From the NCBI GenBank assembly GCA_043805415.1, contig JAZDHZ010000010.1:1-60274 (forward strand): DNA of 60,274 nt. Reading direction: 5' to 3'. Below the pieces are notes generated by a model, which did no database searches, was not told where the DNA came from, and saw only the letters and a program-made list of their open reading frames with translations. Origin of the DNA: Candidatus Omnitrophota bacterium. Its GTDB lineage: Bacteria > Omnitrophota > Gorgyraeia > B26-G9. Position numbers and translations under genes: made by a program. Shown here piece after piece: positions 53,745-60,274 of this stretch. Every line of letters starts with the position of its first letter. Within the stretch, counting starts at the first letter, position 1.

Positions 53745-53933
53745 GTGGATGATGATATAATTGAGCAAATTAAAAAACTTGAAGAAGAGGTTATTAACTT
53801 AAGAAAGCAAATTGAGAGTTTCCAGAATAAAGCGATGATAGTAGGTAATGACTTTAGGAAAGAAATAAGAAACTTAGAATGGAAAGAAATTAAACTGAGT
53901 AAAAAAATAAGCGATTTAAAGAAAAACCTATAG
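53745..53933 (+). CDS. Small coiled-coil protein (hypothetical)
   Basis: 62 aa, GTG start after a GGGGGA RBS, heptad-like IEQIKKLEEEVINLRKQIESFQNK. It may not be a real gene. Confidence 0.3.
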   Translation: MDDDIIEQIKKLEEEVINLRKQIESFQNKAMIVGNDFRKEIRNLEWKEIKLSKKISDLKKNL

Positions 53934-54083
53934 AATACCTTTTGCTAAATTGCTAATAGGTGAAAATTGGGTTAGCAAAGTAAATGGGGTTAGTCCTAAA
54001 CTATGGGGGTGGGTAGGGGACAACGAAGTTTAAAGATTTAAAGTTATTAATAAAATTGAATTTTTCATTGAGGGATATTGATA

Positions 54084-55106
54084 ATGGCAAAAAAGAGAAC
54101 CTCTGAAAAAATTACTTATGAAATTGATCCGTATAATCGGTTGATCATCGACAAAAGTGGTAAAAAAAGCGAACTTTCCCGGTTCAGACAGGTTCTTGAC
54201 GGGCGCTTTAAAATTGATGAAGATAATACACTTACATACCTTATAAAAGCACCCACTCCAGAAGGAACAGAACTCCCGCATCAAGTAAAACTCGAAGGCG
54301 TTTGGTCTTTAGATAAGGACCATAATCTCTGCCTCGAGCTTAATAAGTGGGGCAGGGAGACTCTGGGCGATAAATTAACGCTACAGGGTGAAATTATCGA
54401 TACTTCCAAAAATTCCTTAGCTTTTAGCCTTACTACCCGCACTCAAGATAATATGCAGTCAATCTATATTCTTCAGCTTAAAGGCGCATGGCAGGCAGAT
54501 AAAAATAATCGTCTTACATTTCGAGTTCAAAAAGAAGAAGGCAGTCATGACATTCTTACTTTTAAAGGGACTTGGGAAATAAACAAACAGCATCAGATTA
54601 TTTATCAATACGAAAAAGCTCAGCTGGTCCGCAAAGAGAAAAATATTCATATTCTAACATTTCAAGGTTATTGGGATATTAAAGATAAAGGAAGATTGTC
54701 TTATGTTTTGGATTTGCAGTCTGATTCTGTGTTTAGTTTTAAAACCAGCGTGGCAGTATTTAAAGATAAATACATTAAATATGAATTAGGCATTGGTTTG
54801 TCCAAAAGTTTAGAAGAGCAGATAATTACGCTTTGCGGTAAATGGAAAATTAAAAAAGATATCGGCTTGGTATTTGAAGTGGAATATGAAAATGGAAATA
54901 TTCGGGCAATTACTTTTGGGGCGGAAGCAAAGTTAAGCGCAAGAGACAGTATAAGTTTTGAATTGAAGAACGATCAGAATAAAAATATCAGCGCTCAATT
55001 ACAGCTTTCCCGAAAGATATTAGATGGAGAAGGATTATCGTTTTTGCGGTTTTTAAAGTCGAAGGAGGAAACAGCGGTGTATGTCGGCGCAGGTTTTCGT
55101 TGGTGA
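54084..55106 (+). CDS. Cytoplasmic beta-rich protein built from about 7 degenerate repeats (unknown family)
   Basis: Repeats: LDGRFKIDEDNTLTYLI / LEGVWSLDKDHNLCLEL / LQGEIIDTSKNSLAFSL / LKGAWQADKNNRLTFRV / FKGTWEINKQHQIIYQY / FQGYWDIKDKGRLSYVL / LCGKWKIKKDIGLVFEV. No signal peptide. It ends in GAGFRW. Confidence 0.6.
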   Translation: MAKKRTSEKITYEIDPYNRLIIDKSGKKSELSRFRQVLDGRFKIDEDNTLTYLIKAPTPEGTELPHQVKLEGVWSLDKDHNLCLELNKWGRETLGDKLTLQGEIIDTSKNSLAFSLTTRTQDNMQSIYILQLKGAWQADKNNRLTFRVQKEEGSHDILTFKGTWEINKQHQIIYQYEKAQLVRKEKNIHILTFQGYWDIKDKGRLSYVLDLQSDSVFSFKTSVAVFKDKYIKYELGIGLSKSLEEQIITLCGKWKIKKDIGLVFEVEYENGNIRAITFGAEAKLSARDSISFELKNDQNKNISAQLQLSRKILDGEGLSFLRFLKSKEETAVYVGAGFRW

Positions 55107-55163
55107 ATAAAGCATGATAAACACTGATTGAGAGAATGATGAACACAGATATAGGAGGGTGAA

Positions 55164-55949
55164 ATGATAAAAAGACTTGGATGCCTTAAGGATGAATTTA
55201 GTGGGAAGGATTATTTGATGCGGGCGTATTTGCCGATAATGAAATTGCCAAAAAAAATTGATTATACATCCAAGTTATCACCAGTCAGAGATCAAGGTGA
55301 TGAAGGCACTTGTGTAAGCTTTGCCAGTGCTAGCGGAATGAAAGAGTATCAGGAAATGCAGGATTACTCCAAGTTTATCGAGCTTTCCCCGAGATATATT
55401 TATAGTGAATGTAAAAAGATAGACGGCATGCCAGAAGACGAAGGAACAACACTTCGCGCGGCAATGCAGGTGCTGAATAAAAAAGGAGTGTGTCAGGAAA
55501 AGTTTTGGCCATATCAGCCGCATCAAACAAACAAAGCCAAGACAGGGTTTGCGGCTAATGCCAAGAAATTTCAGATAAAAACTTATGCCCGGATACTTAA
55601 TTTGAGCGAATTACGTTTGAATTTGGTAACTTTTGGACCTTGTATTATTGGTGTGGAGGTTTTTGAAGGGATGATGACTACTAAAACCGGCATTGTTCCT
55701 ATGCCCAAGAAAAATGAAAGAGTCTTAGGCGGGCACGCGATTTGCCCGGTAGGTTATGATGACACTAAGAAACTGATCAAATTTAAAAACTCTTGGTCAG
55801 AGCAATGGGGGCAGAAAGGCTATGGATTTTTGCCTTATGCTTATATTGATAAATACATGATGGATGCCTGGAGTTCAGTTGATATTGAGGATGAAAATCC
55901 AATGACTTTGGCGAGTGTGTTGCAATTCGCTGAGAAGCGAATTAGCTGA
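55164..55949 (+). CDS. Papain-like cysteine peptidase (family C1) lacking both signal peptide and prodomain
   Basis: RDQGDEGTCVSFA (oxyanion Gln + catalytic Cys at residue 50), GGHAICPVGYDD (His) and IKFKNSWSEQWGQKGYGFLPY (Asn-Ser-Trp). Confidence 0.88.
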   Translation: MIKRLGCLKDEFSGKDYLMRAYLPIMKLPKKIDYTSKLSPVRDQGDEGTCVSFASASGMKEYQEMQDYSKFIELSPRYIYSECKKIDGMPEDEGTTLRAAMQVLNKKGVCQEKFWPYQPHQTNKAKTGFAANAKKFQIKTYARILNLSELRLNLVTFGPCIIGVEVFEGMMTTKTGIVPMPKKNERVLGGHAICPVGYDDTKKLIKFKNSWSEQWGQKGYGFLPYAYIDKYMMDAWSSVDIEDENPMTLASVLQFAEKRIS

Positions 55950-55988
55950 TGGCTCATGGCTGATAGCTTATACAGAAAAGGGAAAGTT

Positions 55989-56759
55989 ATGATAAATGTG
56001 ATCTTTATCCATGGGATTAATTATCAGACTACTGGATATAGCAATTGGTTGTTTCAGAATATTCTTTGTGAGTATGGAAAAATCTTAAAGAAAAAAGGGA
56101 TTGCTCAGGAAGAAATAGAACAGAAAAAGGCTCAATTTATCCAAAAAGAAATTATTTGGGCTGATGTTACCACTGATTTGACTAACCGTTATCTGAATTT
56201 AGAATACGAGCTTTTTGGCAAGAAAAAGGGCTTTTGGAATTGGGCTTCAAAGAAAGTTGATCCTTTAGCTTTACAGATAATGTATTACATTAAGGATAAG
56301 GGAGATAAGAATTCTGGGGAAATGGACATTTTGGAGAAGGTGGATCGAGCGTTTCATTCCAGCACTCAAGAAGCAAATGATACAATCGTTATTGCTCATT
56401 CTCTGGGTAGTGTAATTGCTTTTGATTATTTGTTCAGTTTTAGAAAATATTATTTAGACCCAAAGGTAAATGTAGTATCGTTTATCACTTTAGGTTCGCC
56501 AATCCCGATATTTATCTCTGCTATGGGGCATGTTGAATCGGAGCTAGTCTTACCTGCGAATATTAAAGCTTGGCATAATCTTTATGATAATGAAGATGGC
56601 ATAGCCAGAAGATGCAAGCCTTTCTTTCCAAAGATAGATATCCAGGAGGTCGGCGTAAGAACCGGATTCTTTCCAATCAGTGCGCATGTGAAATATTGGC
56701 AGAATAAACAAACAGCTTCGAAAATAGCAAAGATCCTTGCGGGTAATGATAAACGCTGA
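55989..56759 (+). CDS. Alpha/beta-hydrolase-fold serine hydrolase (lipase/esterase-like)
   Basis: VIFIHGIN (oxyanion region) and the nucleophile elbow IVIAHSLGSVIAFDYL (GxSxG-type). Candidate acid and His residues are in NLYDNEDG and ISAHVKYW. The ATG at 55989 is preferred over 55956, which lies in a repeat word. Confidence 0.7.
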   Translation: MINVIFIHGINYQTTGYSNWLFQNILCEYGKILKKKGIAQEEIEQKKAQFIQKEIIWADVTTDLTNRYLNLEYELFGKKKGFWNWASKKVDPLALQIMYYIKDKGDKNSGEMDILEKVDRAFHSSTQEANDTIVIAHSLGSVIAFDYLFSFRKYYLDPKVNVVSFITLGSPIPIFISAMGHVESELVLPANIKAWHNLYDNEDGIARRCKPFFPKIDIQEVGVRTGFFPISAHVKYWQNKQTASKIAKILAGNDKR

Positions 56760-56816
56760 TAAAAAGTTAGAGGAACACTGATATAAACGAGTGGTTAGTG
56801 ATTAGAAAAAACAAAA

Positions 56817-56896
56817 ATGAAAAAGGTTTGGATTAAGAAAAACTTGCTAGGTTAGCTGATATTTCAACAGTAACTCTTGTAAAAATCGAGGAGATT
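56817..56896 (+). pseudogene. Frameshifted remnant of an XRE-type HTH gene
   Basis: MKKVWIKKNLLG* (56817..56855). In the frame shared with the downstream ORF, after a TAA, it reads EKLARLADISTVTLVKIEEI, which matches an HTH_3 helix-turn-helix. Confidence 0.4.
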
Positions 56897-57979
56897 ATGA
56901 AAAAAATATTAATGTTTACTGGGGTTATTATGCTTTTTTGCCTTTCTTTGGCAAAGGCAGATTATTATGATCTTGATGCATTTCAAATAAATCAAACAAA
57001 AACTTATACAACAAAGGAGCACCAAAAATCTAAAGGTATAAATTTCACTATTAAATATCCCAATTCCTGGATTCCTGCTGAAGGAGAAAGACCACATATA
57101 GTACAAAAATTTTCGAAGGTTTTTGAAGATGGAACTTCAGTAATTTGTTTAATTTTAATAAAGGACTTGCCTTCAGAAGTTAGGATATTTTCCGATGCAG
57201 ACATTGCTAAAGAAATGTTTTCTAAAGAATCGGTTAAATTAATGATGGGGGAAGGGTATGAATTAATTGATCATTTGCAAACAAAATATGATGGACAGCC
57301 AGGAGCTTTGAGTGTATTTTTAGTTGTTCAAGAACAAGTGGGAATCAAAATATTTACTTATATGATGCAACATGCGTTTATCTATTCAAAAAAAATGGTT
57401 GCAATTCAATGCTCTATTGGAGGGGCACTCTCAAAGAGAGATAGCATAGAAGAAAAGTATAGGGACTATGAGCTGGTTTTTAAGCAAATTGGCAATAGTC
57501 TAGTTATTGAAGATAAATGGAGTCAACCCGTTGTTACGGAGAAACCTTCTGCTACGGAGCTTGTTTTTGGCGAGTATTGGTGGCTATCTATATTAATATC
57601 AGCATTTTTAACTTGGGGTGTAGGGTTATTGTTACCAGTTTTAATCCGATTTGTTTTTGTTCGTAGGCCTTTGTCAAAAAATATAACAATAATTCTTGTT
57701 GTTGTATTTTGGGTTTTTAATATAGCATTATTTACATTATTAGAGAGTAAAAGTAAAACTCATTCAGCATTACTTTTAGTAGCTGTAGCATCATATTATA
57801 TTTTAAGAAGAGGAAGTAAAAAAGATAATAAGAAATCCAACATCACTAAAGACAGCATACAAACACACAAAAAAACAGATAAACCTCAAATTTGCCCTAA
57901 ATGCGGTGAAGGGTATGATGAGAGCTGGGGGGTATGTTTTAGATGTTCTGTTCCACTAGTTGACAGTGAAGAAAATTAA
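56897..57979 (+). CDS. Membrane protein: signal peptide + periplasmic domain + 3 TM helices + cytoplasmic zinc ribbon
   Basis: MLFCLSLAKA signal peptide and a PsbP/DcrB-like FTIKYPNSWIPAE region. The TM block is WWLSILISAFLTWGVGLLLPVLIRFVF..., and the C-terminal ribbon is CPKCGEGYDESWGVCFRCS. Confidence 0.55.
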   Translation: MKKILMFTGVIMLFCLSLAKADYYDLDAFQINQTKTYTTKEHQKSKGINFTIKYPNSWIPAEGERPHIVQKFSKVFEDGTSVICLILIKDLPSEVRIFSDADIAKEMFSKESVKLMMGEGYELIDHLQTKYDGQPGALSVFLVVQEQVGIKIFTYMMQHAFIYSKKMVAIQCSIGGALSKRDSIEEKYRDYELVFKQIGNSLVIEDKWSQPVVTEKPSATELVFGEYWWLSILISAFLTWGVGLLLPVLIRFVFVRRPLSKNITIILVVVFWVFNIALFTLLESKSKTHSALLLVAVASYYILRRGSKKDNKKSNITKDSIQTHKKTDKPQICPKCGEGYDESWGVCFRCSVPLVDSEEN

Positions 57980-58076
57980 ATGCTCTCTAGAGAAAATTTC
58001 AGTATAAAAAAATAAATAATACAGCGTATAATTTATCCTGCTTTGCCGGAGCGTTTAGCGATTAGAGAGGAGAAAG

Positions 58077-58865
58077 ATGAATATATTTGAAGGCCAAATA
58101 AGAAACGCAAAAAAAGCTTACGAATGGCGCAGCTTTATCCCTAATAATTTAAAAAACTATTTAGATTTTCGTTCTAAGGCGACAGGGATAACTCTGGTTT
58201 CATTATTTGATTTTGCACCGATGAGAGGGATTAATGTAAATAGCGATAATATAAAATTTATAATGGAGACTTTAACAAAAGAGCAGGATTTTTTGCTTAG
58301 CCCAAATAAAGATGATGATAAGAAAAGAGCAATCTTAGAAAAATTAAAGTTTAAATCAAGACTTGCGACCAAAGAAGAGTATTTAGAAGAAGATGTTCAA
58401 GCATTTTTAGTAAGAGAAATTCTTAGTTCTGAAAACAATGCTAAAAATATCGCTCAGAAAATCATTGAGGAGTGCAAACTATCCAGCTTAAAATATTTAG
58501 CTTCAGAATTTGAATGGAGCGAACAAGGCAAAAAAGACAGGGTTGATATTTTGTGCTGCGATGGCGGGGATTATAACAAACTATTAATAATTGAGCTTAA
58601 AAAAGTACGCACAACAAAACTAGAGCAGGCACGCTATTTAAAGATTTTTAAAGAACATGAAACTGAAATCAAAAAATTTGTTGCAGTATTAACAGGTAAA
58701 GAAGTAGACGCATGCCGGACAGATATAAAAATTATATATCTGATGCCAAGCCATCCGCGATTAGATAAAAACATGTGGGTAAAAGTGATAAAGGAGCAGG
58801 GGGTAGATGGGATAATTTTTTATAATACCGGATATCCGTTTGACTGCGCAGTGTTTGAAAAATGA
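58077..58865 (+). CDS. PD-(D/E)XK nuclease-fold protein (NucS/DUF91-like core)
   Basis: ASEFEWSEQGKKDRVDILCCDGGDYNKLLIIELKKVR gives E...D...ExK, as in the NucS C-terminal domain. Confidence 0.55.
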   Translation: MNIFEGQIRNAKKAYEWRSFIPNNLKNYLDFRSKATGITLVSLFDFAPMRGINVNSDNIKFIMETLTKEQDFLLSPNKDDDKKRAILEKLKFKSRLATKEEYLEEDVQAFLVREILSSENNAKNIAQKIIEECKLSSLKYLASEFEWSEQGKKDRVDILCCDGGDYNKLLIIELKKVRTTKLEQARYLKIFKEHETEIKKFVAVLTGKEVDACRTDIKIIYLMPSHPRLDKNMWVKVIKEQGVDGIIFYNTGYPFDCAVFEK

Positions 58866-60094
58866 AAAATTTGAAGTTAATAATCCATAGAGGCACCCAG
58901 GAAATAGGCGGAAGCTGTGTTGAGTTTAAAACTGAAAATACTCGGCTGTTGATTGATTTTGGCCTGCCTCTTGTTGAAAATGACAAAAGATCCTTTGATC
59001 TAAAAACAATCATAAGTAAAAAAATAGATGGTATCTTGATTTCGCACGCGCATCTGGATCATTATGGGTTGTTGCAGTTTATTGATTCTAAGATCCCGGT
59101 TTATATGAGCCAGGGAGCAAAAAGTTTAATAGATGTTTCAAAGCTTTTTCTGCCTGTAAAAATCGGCAATATAAATACATTTATAATTAAAAATAAGGAA
59201 TCTGTTCAGATTGGGGATTTTACAATTACGCCTTATTTAGTTGATCATTCTGCTTTTGACGCCTTTGCTTTTTTAATCGAGGCGCAAGGTAAAAGGCTGT
59301 TTTATTCTGGCGATTTTCGGGCGCATGGGCGAAAATCAAAGTTATTTAAATATCTGGTCGAAAATCCCCCTAAAGATATTGACTGTTTACTTATGGAAGG
59401 TTCAGCGCTCGGCAGAGAGGATGCTCAATATAAAACTGAGACAGAAGTAGAAAAACGGCTTATAGAAATTTTAAAGGAGAGGGAGAACATCACTTTTTTG
59501 TTTGCCTCATCCCAAAATATCGATAGGATAGTCTCCGCATACCGGGCATGTCTTAGGACTGATTCGATTTTTGTTATTGATATTTATACTGCTTTTATTT
59601 TGGATAAATTGAGTAAAGTTTCTAAAAGGATCCCGCAATTTAACTGGAAGAATATAAGAGTGAAATTTCTTAAGTCGCATGCCAATGCACTTGTAAAAGC
59701 AGGATATAGAGATTTACTTTTAGCTTATAATAAACGCAAAATTGATATGACTGAAATCAATCTTAAGAAGAATAAAATTCTTATGCTAGCTCGAAATAAT
59801 TCTGTTTTTCCTTTAATTTTAAAGGGAGTTAAGGGAGCAAGAGGGGCAAGAATAGCATATTCTATGTGGGATGGTTATCTTACCGAAGAATTTAGAAAAT
59901 TCTGTAAAGGCAAAGGGGTAAAACTGGAATATATTCATACAAGCGGGCATGCAACAACGGAAGACCTTAAAACGTTCGCTTCTGCGTTAAAGCCAAGAAA
60001 ATTGATACCAATACATACTTTTGATGCCGGAAAATATCCTGATTTGTTTGAAAATGTAAAGATATTGCAGGATGGAGAAGAATTGGTTATATGA
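58862..60094 (+). CDS. Metallo-beta-lactamase-fold / beta-CASP-like nuclease
   Basis: GGSCVEFKTENTRLLIDFG, ILISHAHLDHYG (HxHxDH), YSGDFRAHG and HTSGHATTEDLKTFASALKPRKLIPIHT (beta-CASP motif C-like). The start overlaps the upstream stop (ATGA). Confidence 0.75.
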   Translation: MKNLKLIIHRGTQEIGGSCVEFKTENTRLLIDFGLPLVENDKRSFDLKTIISKKIDGILISHAHLDHYGLLQFIDSKIPVYMSQGAKSLIDVSKLFLPVKIGNINTFIIKNKESVQIGDFTITPYLVDHSAFDAFAFLIEAQGKRLFYSGDFRAHGRKSKLFKYLVENPPKDIDCLLMEGSALGREDAQYKTETEVEKRLIEILKERENITFLFASSQNIDRIVSAYRACLRTDSIFVIDIYTAFILDKLSKVSKRIPQFNWKNIRVKFLKSHANALVKAGYRDLLLAYNKRKIDMTEINLKKNKILMLARNNSVFPLILKGVKGARGARIAYSMWDGYLTEEFRKFCKGKGVKLEYIHTSGHATTEDLKTFASALKPRKLIPIHTFDAGKYPDLFENVKILQDGEELVI

Positions 60095-60274
60095 ATAAAA
60101 AAATTATAAAAATAATCTTGATAGTTTTTGCGGTTTTAACAATAACCGCACGAGCTAATTGTTTTTCTGCTAATGATACTGTCATGAATCAGGAGGATAT
60201 TAAAGAAAAACTTGTTGGGAGTAAAGCTGTCTTTACTGACGATGGGTTTTTTTATGTTTATGACGATAATGGGA
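60091..60274 (+). CDS. Secreted/hypothetical protein, 3' end beyond the window
   Basis: The ATG overlaps the MBL gene stop (ATGA). The frame is open to the window end: MNKKIIKIILIVFAVLTITARANCFSANDTVMNQ... (signal-peptide-like). Confidence 0.5.
   Translation, partial: MNKKIIKIILIVFAVLTITARANCFSANDTVMNQEDIKEKLVGSKAVFTDDGFFYVYDDNG

Noticed and set aside
54030-54284. 84-aa minus-strand ORF overlapping the start of the repeat-protein gene
   Set aside because: It is antisense to a well-supported plus-strand ORF that has an RBS and an internal repeat architecture. It has no motif and a hydrophobic low-complexity composition.
47432-60274. Calling the right-hand region an integrative element or prophage
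   Set aside because: No integrase, excisionase, phage structural genes or second copy of the tRNA 3' end are visible in the window. It is therefore reported only as a tRNA-adjacent accessory island.

Overview
AT-rich bacterial chromosomal window. The taxon cannot be identified by eye. There is no rRNA, no CRISPR array and one tRNA.

Layout:
(i) 0-1.5 kb: two tandem RAYT/IS200-like Y1 (HUH) transposase genes carrying REP-like GTAG+hairpin units.
(ii) 1.5-8.8 kb: an AbrB-like regulator, a TolC/MacA/MacB-type efflux pump, and an OmpR-type response regulator with its histidine kinase.
(iii) 8.9-13.8 kb: a secreted BNR/Asp-box protein with a [11 protein letters not shown]-terminal box, an outer-membrane beta-barrel and a small secreted protein.
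(iv) 14.1-18.2 kb: an ArsR-headed cluster (ArsP-like permease, two thioredoxin-like proteins, CcdA, ACR3).
(v) 18.2-29.6 kb: mixed genes. These are a 907-aa orphan membrane protein, a decayed RAYT copy, flavin reductase, yefM-yoeB, a TPR protein with an ABC-2 exporter, a THUMP methyltransferase, an FKBP PPIase, DUF3820 and an ABC-F protein.
(vi) 29.7-34 kb: a cold-adaptation cluster (csp, typA/bipA, DEAD-box helicase).
(vii) 34-47.3 kb: nitroreductase, an ACT protein, an EF-hand protein, two PilT-like ATPases, a pyruvate:ferredoxin oxidoreductase split by a 1-nt frameshift, CopA, HD-GYP and GIY-YIG.
(viii) tRNA-Ser(GGA) at 47.34 kb, followed to the right edge by a visibly more AT-rich accessory island. 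It holds a LexA-like repressor, then an m5C methyltransferase + PD-ExK restriction endonuclease + Vsr. With overlapping or near-abutting stop/start codons these run on into a small PD-ExK-like protein, a DUF262 (GmrS-like) protein and a divergent RelA/SpoT (toxSAS/CapRel-like) protein. Next comes a 7-repeat beta-rich protein + a prodomain-less cytoplasmic papain-like protease + an alpha/beta hydrolase. Last is a NucS-like PD-ExK protein + an MBL/beta-CASP nuclease.

Intergenic DNA is populated by a mosaic family of shared short 'word' repeats. It also holds a hairpin-bearing element in three copies whose stems differ in sequence but keep pairing.

The best candidates for an undescribed system are the DUF262-RelA/SpoT module (51.2-53.9 kb) and the repeat-protein/C1-protease/hydrolase module (54.1-56.8 kb). 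All calls come from reading motifs by eye. No database search was run.
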